NCBI GenBank assembly: GCA_951406725.2
Contig: OX597820.1
Coordinates: 64,108,001-64,172,000, forward strand
DNA from: Octopus vulgaris
Lineage: Eukaryota
Length of the DNA stretch: 64,000 nucleotides
Reading direction: 5' to 3'
The notes under the pieces were generated by a model. That model saw nothing but the letters and a program-made list of their open reading frames with translations. It was not told where the DNA came from and ran no database searches. How positions within the stretch are numbered: the first letter of the stretch is position 1; each line of letters begins with the position of its first letter. Positions 38,480 through 52,085 of the stretch are shown one piece after another. Made by a program: the position numbers and the translations under genes.

Positions 38480-40200
38480 TGTGGTCAAAGTAAGCAATCA
38501 CCTATCGTAACCATTTGGCATCGCAAGCTTGGTCTGTCAGGGCTGCCCGCTGTCACCTCTTCTATACGTGTTGGCACTTGAGTCACTGTTGCGGAAGCTG
38601 GAAGAGGTAAGGGGCATCCCTTTCGAACTGGAACAAGGAAGAGCAGTGTCAGCTTATGCGGACGATGTCACCGTCATGGTGTTGGACTTCTCCGAAGTGT
38701 AGGTGGTCGGTACCATTCTATAGGAATATAAGTTGGTTGCAGGGGCTAAAATCAACCCCGACAAATCGGTTGGTTTGCGGTTGGGCTCCTGGAGAGGTAG
38801 GACGATGCCGACGGACCAGGTTGATAAGAACTGGGACGAAGTGGCGAACAGTGTGGCCAGTCTTACCCAGAAATGGGCTAAAAGAAAACTGTCCCTGAAA
38901 GATCGGGCAAGTTTACATTGCCTCTGTTATCACTTTTCACCTGACCTTCATGACTTGTCCCGGTTACTGATTGACCAGCTTGGAGCGCCTCTTGTTTAAA
39001 TTCTTGTGGAAGGGACTCGTTCCAATGGTCCGGCGGTCAGTCTGTTGCCAGCAACCTCTGAGTGGCGGATTACGTATGCCATAGCTCCTAATGCGCAGTC
39101 ACGTGCTTAGGTTACACCACTTGCAAAGTTTTCTGGACGATGAGTGTGTGTAGGAATCGTTTGTGAGGCTCATCTTTCTGCAGCTCATTTCCTTGACAGG
39201 CCTACAGTCCTGTGTGATAAAAAGTCTGAGACTGAGCGCCCGCCTGGCACCTACAATATAGTCCGGTGCTTACAACTCTCTACCGGTCGGACAATGGGAT
39301 CAGTGGATGTTCTGCTTTAGAAATTTAGAGAGGATTAGTGGCGGGGAAGTGCGACGCCGTTCTCGGGGAGACTCAGAGCGCCGACGAGAGCGAACTAGCT
39401 AGTCTGTTCCAGATGACTCTGTGGTCGGGAAATATCATGGATAATTTCCAGATGTCCTTGGCCTGACATTGCTACTAGGCGACGCTACCCGTTCGAGATA
39501 AACTCTACAGGCACGGATGTGTTGTCAGACGGACTTGTCTGAGGTGCACGCTGAGTTGCAAAGCCGTTCTGCATGACTTTATTCAGTGTCCCGGCATTGC
39601 TGACATATTGTGTTAAGTTGATCAGCTGCTGTTACATGTGAGACGGATCTGTCTGTTTTTAGTGATGAAGGCAGGTTTCCTTTGCCTGATGGTTGTGGCA
39701 AGAGAAGTTGTTTGATGGACAAAGCTGAAATGCATAAGGACAGATACATTCCAGTTTGGTAGAGCTCTCATTGACTTTTTAAAGTTTCACTCGGAAAGGA
39801 AATTAAGAGTGGAGAGGGAAGTGCCGTCCTCGAGTGAGTTTATTGAAAAATGGGTGAAAGTTGCGATGGTACCTTCACGTGTAGACCTGTGAGTCGGAGA
39901 GAAGGAACTGGAGAGGGCACTTGCTCAAAGGTTTTCAGGGAAATCTCGGATAGAAGGGTTGCTCGATTATCCGTAGAGGCGTTCCTGTATCAGAAGGGCC
40001 ACATCTCTTTCATCCTACCCACCATTTAAAAAAAAACAACTTTTGTTTGCTATACATATGTCCCTTCTTTTCCAGCGTATACTGTGTATACTTTAAGTTT
40101 ACTTTCATTTTTTTTAATCATTTCATTAATATATGTAAACCCCTACACATTATATCTCTCTCTGTTGTGTCCCCCTCATCCTTCGCTCTTGTGTCAAATA
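38480..40200 (+). mobile_element. Decayed L1/Tx1-like LINE, RT to 3' UTR
   Basis: QGCPLSPLLYVLALE, SAYADDVTV, GAKINPDKS, W.KRKLSLKDR, and a later LPVRDKL..C..C zinc-binding remnant; many stops and frameshifts. Confidence 0.88.
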
Positions 40201-40204
40201 ATGG

Positions 40205-40288
40205 AATTATTATTACTATTCATATTATTATTATCATTACTATTACTATTATTATCATTATTATTATTGTTATCGTTATCGTCGTTGC

Positions 40289-40322
<34 letters not shown>

Positions 40323-40435
40323 GTTATTATCGTTATCGTTATTGTCGTTACTATTATTATTATTATCGACATCAGCATCATCATCCTCATCCTCACTATT
40401 ATTATTATTATTATTATTAATAATAATATTATTAG
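40205..40435. repeat. (TTA)n-rich microsatellite
   Basis: Direct reading. Confidence 0.95.
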
Positions 40436-41062
40436 CAACATCATCAAAGCCTTTTTCTTCTTCTGCTTCTTATTTGAGTACTTCTTTTGCTCATTATGTG
40501 CTGGGGTAAATTTTAGTATTCTGTACTCGCGTAAATGTGTTTATATTTAATTAATGCCGCTTCATACATTGAGGTGCTGGAGGCAGAGGTTAAACCTAAG
40601 GTGGTTGAAATTTGAAGTGAACGACTTTTAGCATTCCAAGAAATCTTAGCATTTAATAAAGCTCACGTAATACAGGAATGAATGTCAGACAAATCTTACG
40701 ATTAAGTAACACCAAAATTATGACCTGTGAATTCGCCAAATTTAACTCCCATGAACTAATATCTGAAACGTTGTTCAAAATGAGACTAACTGATATCTAT
40801 AAAATTCCATAGCTACACTAGACACCGCTAATGTCTAGGTGCTGTCAGAAAGGAATTTTGTGCACGTATTTCAACGAATCCGATTCTGCATTGAAGTCAT
40901 AGAAACGGAATGTAGATTCAGTGAATAATCTTATAAGAAAACACACTCCGAAATATTCTCTATTCGAATGCATTTGTTTTTTTGCTTTATTTCCTTTGGT
41001 TTGATTAATTTACCAAACATGTCCTGTATGTATACATACGCACGTACATGTGCATGTGTGTG

Positions 41063-41126
<64 letters not shown>

Positions 41127-41153
41127 AGATTTTAGAACTTTTATAAATAGTTA

Positions 41154-41201
41154 GTCTTACAGCTGTTTCCAGGATATTTACTATATCCCTTCATCGGAGA
41201 C
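41154..41201 (-). ncRNA. Type I hammerhead ribozyme motif, U4C core variant
   Basis: Minus strand: GTCT CCGATGA ag GGATAT agtaa ATATCC tg GAAA CAGCTG TA AGAC. Confidence 0.7.
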
Positions 41202-41297
41202 GGTGTGAGAAAATACTTAAGCAATAGTTAATCTAGATAAGATACGAAATAGAGAGTGAAGTGGAGGAATGAAAATAGATGGGATATATGTAGGGAT

Positions 41298-41578
41298 ATT
41301 GCGGTTAGGGTGTTTGGCTCACGATCGTAGGGTTGCGAGTTCGATTTCCGGCAGCAAGACACTTTATTTCACGGCCTTCCCGCCCACTCAGCTGGTAAAA
41401 ATGAGTAGTACCTGTCTTTTAAGGGGTCAACCTTGCGACAATGTGTCACGCTGAGAAGTATGTGAAGGGGTCTGCGTGCCTGTGGTGTGCTTAGCCACTC
41501 GCACGTTAATCTCACGGGCATGCTGTCCCGTTCATCGGATCAAGTGGAACCATCATCGTCGTAAGTGACGGAGTGCCA
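41298..41578 (+). mobile_element. Mosaic tRNA-derived SINE (family C-like body, family E tail)
   Basis: B box gagttcgatttcc; gcaagacactttatttcac as in family C; tail gcacgttaat...gtcgtaagtgacggagtgc as in 43774-44153. Confidence 0.7.
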
Positions 41579-41664
41579 GTATGTATGTATGTATGTATGT
41601 ATGCATGCATGTATACAAGCATGCCTGTATGTATATATGCATGATTGGCAGGTAGGAATATGTA

Positions 41665-42802
41665 CGAGTGTGGACTAAAAAGTTCACGACTATGGAGGAG
41701 TGACGCTAGAGGTGTAAAAGCTTGCCTGCATTATCAACCATTCTTAGTCATAGTTGTATTGTTTCCTTCCAGATAAACTGAGGTCTGATTCTTTAAAGAT
41801 ACTTCAAACTTCACTAGTAGTGACTTCTCTTGAAAATGGACAAATTTTCCGCATCGTGGTATTATCAACTACGTGAGGAAAACGGGTTTAGTCCTGCAAT
41901 TTTTATCACCGAGGTATACGTTGATCGGATTCACCACATGGTGATAGATGACTGGCGATCGGCTATAAATCAAATAGCCAATGCTACTTTTATATAGCAT
42001 GAAAGAGTTGAGAATATTGGCACAACGAAGGTTTCTGCTCGCTGGGTACTATGTCTTTTGACACCTGATCAAAAGCCCATCAAACTGTTCACATCAAGGG
42101 AAAATGTGACATTGCTCCAGACACATCCAGCAGGTCTCCTTAAAGTTTCCTAACCCTGGATGAGAGGTGGGTTCATCACTTTGTGCCAGAGTCAAAAAGA
42201 TAATACATGCAGTGGAAACACCCAGCTTCACCTACTCCAGAGACGTCCAAGGACATTTAATCTACAACGAAGTTGATGGCCTCAGTTTCTTGAGATCAAA
42301 TGACATTGTTTTTAATGACTATATTCAAAAGGACCACACTATCAATGAAAAGTACTATGTCAAATTGAGCAGACAGTTACAAAAGGCTATCAAGACCAGA
42401 CACTTAGGTAAATGAACGAAAGGTGTCTTGCTTCTTCAGGACTATGTTCCACTTCATAAGTCTTTGGCATCAATAGCTGCTGTGCGTGACTGTGGCGTTG
42501 AACTGGTTGATCACCATCCCTGTTCTACAGATATTGCCCAGTCTGACTATGATGAGTTCCCCACCATGATCAAACACTTGATTAGGGACCAGTGTCGCAG
42601 TGATGATACAATGTCTGCTGTTTATGACTTATTGTTACCAACGGGATTAATTAAAGCTTTTTCAGCAATTGAATACAAGCACAGCAACACCAATGGCAGA
42701 AGTGTGTTGACAGCAAAGGAGAAGGCTACGTTGAAAAATAAACCTCATGTGGTCACATTCTAAACGACTATCTTGGTTGGTCAGTGAACTTTTCAGACAC
42801 CT

Positions 42803-42803
<1 letters not shown>
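41665..42803 (+). mobile_element. Decayed near full-length mariner (DD34D) transposon
   Basis: Imperfect TIRs cgagtgtggactaaaaagttcac / gtgaacttttcagacacctc. Motif remnants SARWVLCLLTPDQK, TLDERWVHHF, LQDYVPLH, HHPCSTDIAQSDY. Confidence 0.88.
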
Positions 42804-42836
<33 letters not shown>

Positions 42837-43148
42837 CAAACACACACATATATATGTGTGTATATATACACATACGTATATATATATATACACATACACA
42901 TATACAGACACTCACTCACACAGACATATATACATATACACACTCACACACGTATATATATATACGCACATACACGTATATGCATAAATACATGCATTCG
43001 TTGATACATACATTCATACATGCATACATATATCTATACGTACATGCAAGCTTGCATCCATCCATCCGTCCACCCATACACACGTACATACATGCATGCA
43101 TACATATATACATACATACATACATACATACATACACACACACATACA

Positions 43149-43180
<32 letters not shown>

Positions 43181-43773
43181 GCTGAGTTCAAATATCGGTG
43201 AAGTCATATTTAATTTTTCGTTTTCTGAGGTCGACAATATGATAACAGTTACTGCGAGGAAACGATTTAATCAAGTGTAACTACGCTCAAAATGTTGCTT
43301 TCCTGTGCCAAAGTTATAAATAATTGTCATTTCACAACTTCTTTCCTACTTATGCTTTGAATTTAATCAATACTACATCCTTTTCAAATTGATATAACTC
43401 CAAACTCAGAATTTTCCGCTTTATTGATTTCAAAGAATATATCTATCGGTCTGTCAATTTATCTTTATGTGTGTATTTTCAGGCACGCACTCACATGTAC
43501 ACACAGGCGCAGGCTCACCCGCACATGCGCACGCACGTACACACAAATAAATATGTATGACTTGAACAGTCAAGAACGAAACTATCAGCATTTCATACGA
43601 TAAATGTATCTATCCATTCCACCGAAAGTAGTGTGTTCTATATGAGATAATGTTTTCACTACGCAAAATAATGTTAAAATGCTTCACATCACTTATTGCA
43701 ATATATAGAAACATATATGTGTCTATCTATCTGTCTATCAATCTGTCTAACTATTTATCTATACATTGAAGAA

Positions 43774-44153
43774 GCACTCCGTTGGTTACGACGACGAGGG
43801 TTCCGGTTGATCCGAATCAACGGAACAGCCTGCTCGTGAAATTAACGTGAAAGTGGCTGAGCACTCCACAGACACGTGTACCCTTAACGTAGTTCTCGGG
43901 GTTATTCAGCGTGACACAGAGAGTGAAAAGGCTGGCCCCTTGAAATACAGGTACAACAGAAACAGGAAGTAAGAGTGAGAGAAAGTTGTGGTGAAAGAGT
44001 ACAGCAGGGATCACCACCATCCTCTGGCGGAGCCTCGTGGAGCTTTAAGTGTTTTCGCTCAATAAACACTCACAACGCCCGGTCTGGGAATCGAAACTGC
44101 GATCCTACAACCGCGAGTCCGCTGCCCTAACTACTGGGCCATTGCGCCTCCAC
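43774..44153 (-). mobile_element. Full-length tRNA-derived SINE family E
   Basis: Minus strand ggaggcgcaaTGGCCCAGTAGttagggcagcggac...gtttcgattccc; 5' part repeated at 55332-55524 (+). Confidence 0.8.
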
Positions 44154-44188
44154 TTTATGCATACACACACACACACACACACATACAT

Positions 44189-44235
<47 letters not shown>

Positions 44236-44381
44236 GATAAAAATAAAAACATGATGCCAAGAAAGAGATGGACGCTTCAATTCTATGCTGCTGCCGCATT
44301 ATATCGTACGCGAATGAGAGGATTTGCATCCCCAACCAAGAATTTTTGATGTAACACATGTCCTTGTGGAAGCTGTTGTGC

Positions 44382-44459
44382 GCGGCTGAAGAAGGCCACA
44401 GACATACATTATGCATTGTTATAAATCTGTCTAATAAATGCCCGAAACATATGTACCGC
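44382..44459 (+). ncRNA. Type I hammerhead ribozyme, canonical core
   Basis: GCGG CTGAAGA a GGC...GCC c GAAA CATATG TA CCGC; palindromic helix III, GUA cleavage triplet. Confidence 0.8.
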
Positions 44460-44620
44460 TGAATCCTTGGCATCATGTTTTTATCTTGATCAATTTACTC
44501 CACCACCTACACCACCAAACGGTATACACAGGTGCTTATAATTATCAAGTTCTCACCCCGAATTTCTATATAGACAGATAGATAGATATGAAGAGAGCGG
44601 TATGTATGTATATGTATATA

Positions 44621-44665
<45 letters not shown>

Positions 44666-44972
44666 ATGAAATCATTTGTGTGTGTACGTGTGTGTGTAAG
44701 TATGCATAATACCTATGCACACAGCTGTAACTGTTTATGTATTTAGAAAGGTATCGAAAGGTGTGTGCTATTGTATTAAAGATGAAATTTAATGAATTTG
44801 AAATTGGAAGAAGTATTCTAAAGGGTTACTTTTACATTAAAATGTAAAGTGTTCTTTATAGCAAATTTGATTACCTATAAAAACAATAAAAATACAAAGA
44901 AAATAATAGAATGAGAATCTAACGCTTTTGATAGGAAATGTCTTATGTGCATCATACACACAAACACACATA

Positions 44973-45040
<68 letters not shown>

Positions 45041-45889
45041 TATATGCATACATACACGCACATAAATACACACACACACACACATATATATATGTGTGAA
45101 ATTCATTTAATTAAATTTCTCCAAATTAATTTCTATATTTATATATTTAGACAAAACTATATAAATCTAGTCATTGAAATGTTGAAAAATAGAAACTATT
45201 TTGATGAAAGCTTATGTGGAATTTTTACAGTTAAAGATTTCTGTTGCAGAGTATCGTACAAGCTTTGCAGGACATTGGTTGAGAATCATTCAAAATTAAT
45301 TGTTCATGCTCTCTTATGGTTAAACAGCAACGTTATTACCGTGTCTGCTTGTCCTGCAGATCTAACGTGAATTAGCTCAGTTTGGTAGCAGGAGTGTTGC
45401 ACTTCTTTCCGCCCGAAAGCTGAAGAAGCTAGACCACATATATAAAGAAAGAAAACAATAAACGAAATCTAAGGAAATAGAAGACAAATCATGACAGTTT
45501 CTCTATACGAACAGCGTCAAGGGTAAAGTATTGAGGGAAACATAATTTTCGCTGCTGAACTGAAGAAAAAAAGATATTACTTAAGAAAACGAATTTGAAT
45601 TTATATGCGATTCAGATGAGAAATAAAGCTATTTAAATGCAATAGGAAACGGTACAATTATAAAATTGTGATGGTTTCTGTCATGAGTTGTTTGTCGCTA
45701 GATGCTAGATTGAAAATACATGGTATGAAATGTGTTTGTGTGTGTGTGTGTGTGTGTGCGTGTGCGTGCGTGCGTGCGTGGGTATATGTACAAGTATAAA
45801 GCGATAAATACAATAGAGATTTTTTTAAACATTATTTCTCAAGTAAAGTGCAGTAAAATGTGCACTAAGTAAAAAAATATCAGCGACTG

Positions 45890-45924
<35 letters not shown>

Positions 45925-45928
<4 letters not shown>

Positions 45929-47096
45929 ATTTCAAGGGGAGGCAATGCGAGCAAGAACCACAGGAACATTACAAAATTCAAACCTAGACCAAACACATAC
46001 AAATCTTATATACTAATTTATATCTAAACAGTCGGACATTTTACAAAATTAAAAAATTCAGTAATATATAAGTATCATTTACAAATATAAATATAAATAT
46101 TAATTTTGCATATAACACGTTTAACTGTTAGAATAAGAGAAATAAATATAATGATAATAAAATTAAAATATGGCATATCAAAGTACGAATAAAATTCCGG
46201 CGAATAGTACATAGAATATAATACATATAAAAGCATACAAAAATTTAAGATATACAGAAGTCCATCTACTGGCCGTTTCGGGTTGTGCGAATTAATATTA
46301 GACATATCAGTACTTAAAATAGTACTTAAAATTGGCACTCCCCTCATCAGGATGTCCTATACAACACATATAAAACATGAACAAATACACAAAATACACA
46401 ATCACATACCGGCCATTCTCACGGCATTTACGTACTCCCAGAAATGTTTTCGTCGATCCTTAATGGAACTTTATACGCATAGAATTCTATCCAGCCGCCA
46501 TAGTAAATTGTATGCACACATTGCTATCTGGACCATTTCACTTCAGCCCTTAATTTATTTTATTTTATTTTATTTCAGTTTTATAAATTCTCCCATACAT
46601 GCAAAGCCACATATTCAGGTTCGAGTCCACTCACTATACTTACTAGACTTAATTCAATTGTTGTTGCTTAGCTCTAACTTTTATTGCTATTTCTATTTCT
46701 AAATTTCCTATGGAACATCGAGTGGTTTCACACATTCCCGAAACGGCCCGTAGATGGACTTCTGTATATCTTATATTTTTGTAAGCTTGTGTATGTATTA
46801 TATTCTATGTACTATTCGCCGGAATTTTATTCGACTTTTGATATGCCATATTTTAATTTTATTATCGTTATATTTATTTCTCTCATTCTAACAGTTTTAA
46901 GCATGTTATATGCAAAATTTATATTTATATTTATATTTATATTTTTGTTTGTAAATATTACTGAATTTTAAAATTTTGTAAAATGTCCGACTGTTTAGAT
47001 ATAAATTAGTATATAAGATTTGTATGTATTTGGTCTATCTTTGAATTTTGTAATGTTCCTGTGGTTGTTGCTCACATTGCCTCCCCTTGGATAAAA
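45925..47096. repeat. Long inverted repeat (arms 45925-46282 and 46737-47096)
   Basis: Arms of about 360 bp; ORFs 46075-46347 (-) and 46684-46971 (+) share PKRPVDGLLYIL...YSPEFYS. Confidence 0.92.
46263..46354 (-). ncRNA. Type I hammerhead ribozyme, canonical core, long stem II
   Basis: Minus strand: CATC CTGATGA g GGG aGTGC...GCACaa CCC GAAA C ggcca G TA GATG. Confidence 0.75.
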
Positions 47097-47165
47097 AGTG
47101 TATACAGTTCATTGGAGCACTTCTATTTCCAGTCCGTTGTATATCTTGAGCGTTGCTGTAACACA

Positions 47166-47215
<50 letters not shown>

Positions 47216-47674
47216 GATGGGCTCCTTTCAGTTTCCATTTCCCAAATCCACTTAATATGCTTTGGTCGTCCCAAGGCTATAGTAGAAGACACTAGCCCAA
47301 GGTGCCACGTAGTGTGGCAAGTTACTTACCACACAGCCTATACACACACACTCATACTTACACACTCACACACATATCTATATATATAGATAGATAGATA
47401 AATACATACATACACATTACTATCGAAATACCATCACTAGTGGCAGCGAATACCAGCTGTATAGGTAAAATTAATATGTATATATATATATATATATATA
47501 TATCACGCACATATCAGCACTGACCACTTCTTAGACCCACATTTTAACACATACACACACGCACATGAAAACTCTCTTATACATACGCATGCGTACCTTC
47601 GTTTTGGGATCACCACTACTTTATTATCTTCCCTTCTCCCTAGCTCTCTTGTGTGACCTTTCTGTCCAGTATTC

Positions 47675-47862
47675 GCCGTGATAGATCGCTAGCCACTACA
47701 TATTCTTTATTTTCTTTCCTCGTTTCTTTCTGCTCTTTTCTGTTAAAGAGCGTAGGCTCGAAACGTTAAAGACGTTTTTACTTCACGAGCGTTAAACTGA
47801 TACATCTGTTTGTTGTCTACACCCCCTGTCTTCGTCTTTCGTTTTATTTACGTGAAATCTCC

Positions 47863-47866
<4 letters not shown>
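47675..47866 (+). mobile_element. HHR-bearing element, family F
   Basis: tttt CTGTTAA a GAGC gtag GCTC GAAA cgTT aaag at 47736-47771; ends in (TA)n. Confidence 0.7.
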
Positions 47867-47919
<53 letters not shown>

Positions 47920-49307
47920 AATACAAAGGCACTACGTGATCACTTGCAACGCTAAATATAGAAGTCAAAAATATTTCTGTTACACTTAATAGTCAACAAA
48001 TTAATACAAGCATGATGGGAAAGTGTCCTGGTGAACAATAATATCGTCTAACCTCTGCTAGGTCAGCAAATGTAACGCTGGTTAATTTGATATCCTAATT
48101 TCGAATTTAGTGCGAAAAATATATACGTATGTATGTATGTATGCATGTATGTATGTATGTATGTATGTATGTATGTATGAACTAAATATACATATACTTC
48201 AAAATAAAGCATTGTGCGAGCACGGACCGTAATACAAAATTGAATATTATATGACATACGAAAAACAAATTACGGAGTGATCTTCATTAGATAAAAGCTG
48301 TTTCTGTTGTGAAATGCAGTACACTGAGACTTAAGTGCCTGTGCATCATTTTATAGCTCCTTCGGAGCTGCTAAGTTAGAGCACAAGCACCCAGCTCTGA
48401 GTGCACTAGAACTCACAGCAGAAACAGCTGTAAGCAAAAGAAGTTTATGTCGGTTATTATTATTAATTCCTATTCTTTTCTCATATATATAATGTTGTAA
48501 GAACAGATAATTCTTGTTATGTGAGTATGTGTATGTGAGTGAGAGAGAGAGAGCGCGCGCATATGCTTGAAGAAAGAAATCTCTTATTGTAGTCGTGTTA
48601 TGGCAACTACCATAAAAAATATAGCATTTTCTAAGTGTTGATTTTCTCACCAATTAGCATTAAAAATATTTCAGTTTGTTATTCGGTATCTTGCATAATT
48701 CTTAGTTCAAAATAGTTATTGCTACTGTTATTTGGTCTTATATTATTCCATTCGCTTCCTGTACAATAACATGCATTGTCAACGTTTCCTGAGAAATAGC
48801 ATGTTTTTTCTATGCCAACCAATAGTAAAATTTTATAACGACTTAATCTAAATTACTTTAACGTATAGATGAATTTACAGCCAATTAAGTAACCTGCAAA
48901 TCTAGCAGAGCATGCGCACGCGTGTGTGTGCATATAACCCCCATGTTTACAAATGCTATAAAGATACATAAATATACACAAAAATTATGCCTAAACATAT
49001 ATGCATACATGTATATAAATACATATACGTGTCTATCTACACACGTGCGCATGCACAAATACACACACACACACACACCAGGTACACCTATATGCATTAT
49101 ATATGCATGATACATATATATAAACCTACATACATATATTCATTCTGATACATATACATTTGAACATGAATTTCGCCTTATTAATGACGCTTTGATAATG
49201 CGGAACAATGTTTTATACATACCATAAATATTTGTGTGTGTGTATTATATATGCATAATTCATATATATGCATTTGCGAATACATTATTATTATTATTAT
49301 TATTATT

Positions 49308-50405
49308 CAGTAGTTTTATTTTTATAGCGTGCTTTCACTTCACTACCGAGCGCAGCTCTGTGTGCCTTGGGTATGTGCTGTGATTTGTTGTGATGCTCTG
49401 ATGGTTATTGTATGGAAAGTGCTCTGCGTAGGATGTGTGCAGTGCCTAGTAGTGCAATTTTCTGTATGATATATGTGTTTGTAAGTCGTGGTGTTTTTGT
49501 TATGTATTTGTCTGAACATTTTTTTATCATGCCTAATGCACCTACTATGATAGGAATTGTTTCTGTTTTCAGATTCTACATTCTAGTTACCTCTATTTCC
49601 AGGTCTTTGTATTTTGAGAGTTTCTCCATTTCTTTTAGAGACACGTTGTCATCTGCCGGTATTGATACATCAATTAGAAAGCATTTTTTTCTTCATGATC
49701 TCTGACAACTATATCTGGTCTGTTGGCCTTAATTTCTCTATCTGTGTGTATCGGCATATCCCAGAGTATGGTTGCTTTCTCGTTTTCTGTAACCTTTTCT
49801 GGTGTGTGCCTATACCATCTTTTTTCTGTTGTTATTCCATAATGTTGGCATAGCTTCCAGTGTATGTAGGTTCCAACTCTGTCATGTCTGTGAATATATT
49901 CCTTCTTAGCCAGGACTGGGCAGCTAGAGATAATATGATTTATTGTTTCTTGTCCATCTCCACATATTCTGCAGTTACTTGTAATATTTCTTTTCATAAC
50001 ATGTTTTTGGTAATTTCTGGTGGGGAGGCTTTGGTCTTGTGCTGCAATTAAAAATCCCTCTGTTTCTGCTTTGAGTCCTGAGCTTCTCAACCATTGCTGG
50101 GTTCTTTCTTTGTCTATTTCTTTTGCGTTTAGTTTAGTGCAGTATTTACCATGAAGGGGCTTTTCTTGCCATCGTTTTATCATGGTTCGTTGCTGTTCTA
50201 TTTTTAGTTTGGATTTCATTTGTTTTATAGCTTTTGTTGTTTCTTCATCCTCTTCTTCTTCTTCTTCGTGTTTATTAGGTGGTATGATTTCTTGTTTGTA
50301 TTTGTCAGCTTCCTTAAATACTGAGAACAGTTTTTTGTTTTGCTCGTGTTTTGCTGCTATCTGGATCAGTTTTCCTTCCTTCTGAAGTAGGTATTTTTGC
50401 AGTCC

Positions 50406-50406
<1 letters not shown>
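49308..50406 (-). mobile_element. 5'-truncated R4/Dong-like retrotransposon (CCHC zinc knuckle plus REL endonuclease)
   Basis: CRICGDGQETINHIISSC, YIHRHD, NRPDIVV, then after a frameshift IDVSIP, KYKDLEIE, IVGALG, LLGTAHILR. (TTA)n on both flanks. Confidence 0.93.
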
Positions 50407-50459
<53 letters not shown>

Positions 50460-50489
50460 GTTCTGTGTTCAAATCCCGCCGAGGTCGAT

Positions 50490-52085
50490 TTATTGTAGTG
50501 TTTATGAGAGAACTGGATCTCGACGTAAGATCGTTCCTCCGGGACCCGGGCGGTAATTTGGTGGTCCTGGACGTGATAGCAAATAGTAATAGCGAAACTG
50601 TTGTCTTTAGACTGGTAGCCGTCTACGCCCCTACTGGATCCAAACGTCCGGATTTCTTTAGGCTTCTGGAAACCTTTCGGAGTACGTCTCGCCCTTTTAC
50701 AGTTATTGGGGGACTGGAAGGACATATTAGACGCACGCTAGGATTGCGTGGGAGCAGCTGATAGAAGCGGGGTGTGTAAAAGCCTCATGCACCTGATCAG
50801 CCAGTTCCAATTGTGTGATAAGTACTGATGAGATTTCTCTAATGCGCCAGTGTGAACCTGAACTATCCGCATAGTATCATCTAGATCGTATATATACAGA
50901 ATTTTCACTAAGGAAATAGATAGTAATAGTGTAGAATGTCCACTTCAAACGGTTGCCTATTCAGATCACAATTTTGTAATCTATGCGGCCGGCCTATATA
51001 AGACGCGTACGTCAGAACTCGGTTACAGGAAGCTGAGCATGTCGTTTTCCGCACGTAAGGCTTACAAAGATCGGATAAACAATTTTGTCATGCAAAAGTT
51101 GACTGGAGTGGGGTCGTCAACATTAGGTGATAGTGGTGGTGGGGTGGTGGTGGTGGGAGTTGTCAAAACAGAGATTACAGTAATATCGATAGAGTTTAGC
51201 AAAGAAGTAGCGTTAGAAAAAAATAGAATGGAGGAGGAACATAGTAGATAAGTTTGACGAGGCAATTTGTAGTGGCATTGCAACCGACGTGTTAACAGTG
51301 CGAATAGCATTAGACTATTTCTTCAATGCAAAACATGAAGTTTGCATAGTCAGAGCTAAGGCGCGTGCTCTGAGAAACGAGGGGATGAAAGCTATTCGAT
51401 AGGCCCTCGTGACGGAGGCGCATCATGGTAACAAAACCACAAGTCGGTCTTTTGACGAACCGAGACGGACACAAGCTAAACGATTCGAGGCAGACGTGTG
51501 AGGTCTTTCACCAACACTTTGCTCAGTTGTTTGGGGGCAGTGTCAGGTCACATACAGTATGGGATTTCAGTTCCTAACTCGTCGGCTTGCCACGCCTCTC
51601 CACGGCCAATGATGTGTGATTTATAAGCCCCAAAATTCATTCCATAATTGCGTAGTGGTTAAGAATCCCCTGATTCGATTCCAAACAGTGACCTGGATAA
51701 TCACAATAATAATAATAATATCATTGAAAAATACTTTAGGAATGAAAACCCAGATTCGAAATTTCCCCAAGGTATATCAGCCGAAATGATGTGATAACAA
51801 CAAGAAGAGGACAAATATCCGTCAAATGTAAATAATTAATATATGTATACCTGGCATTAGTGGGGTTCTGATCAATTTAGATAGGGCAACTGTCCTTGGC
51901 CCCGATTCCAAGGGATAGATCGCTGCAATGCGATCCGTTTCAGATCTTCCAGTCTCCTTCCTTCTGTATGTATTGACTTTTGAGCCTTTACCAGGAACTG
52001 AGACCGGACATCACCGTGATAGTGTCGAACACCTCAGAAATCGAGATGGTCGACACGTCCTTGGAGGAATATGCAAGGTTGCAAC
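50490..52085 (+). mobile_element. Decayed L1/Tx1-like LINE, APE endonuclease to RT remnant
   Basis: DPGGNLVVLDV, FRLVAVYAP, LLGDW, YSDH; later LLYVLTFEP and DITVIVS. Interrupted by the Penelope-like repeat near 51620-51840. Confidence 0.78.
51620..51840 (+). mobile_element. Penelope-like terminal repeat copy with HHR core deleted
   Basis: Matches 18400-18675, including aattcattccataattg, but jumps from ccccaag to gtatatcagccgaaa. Confidence 0.78.
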
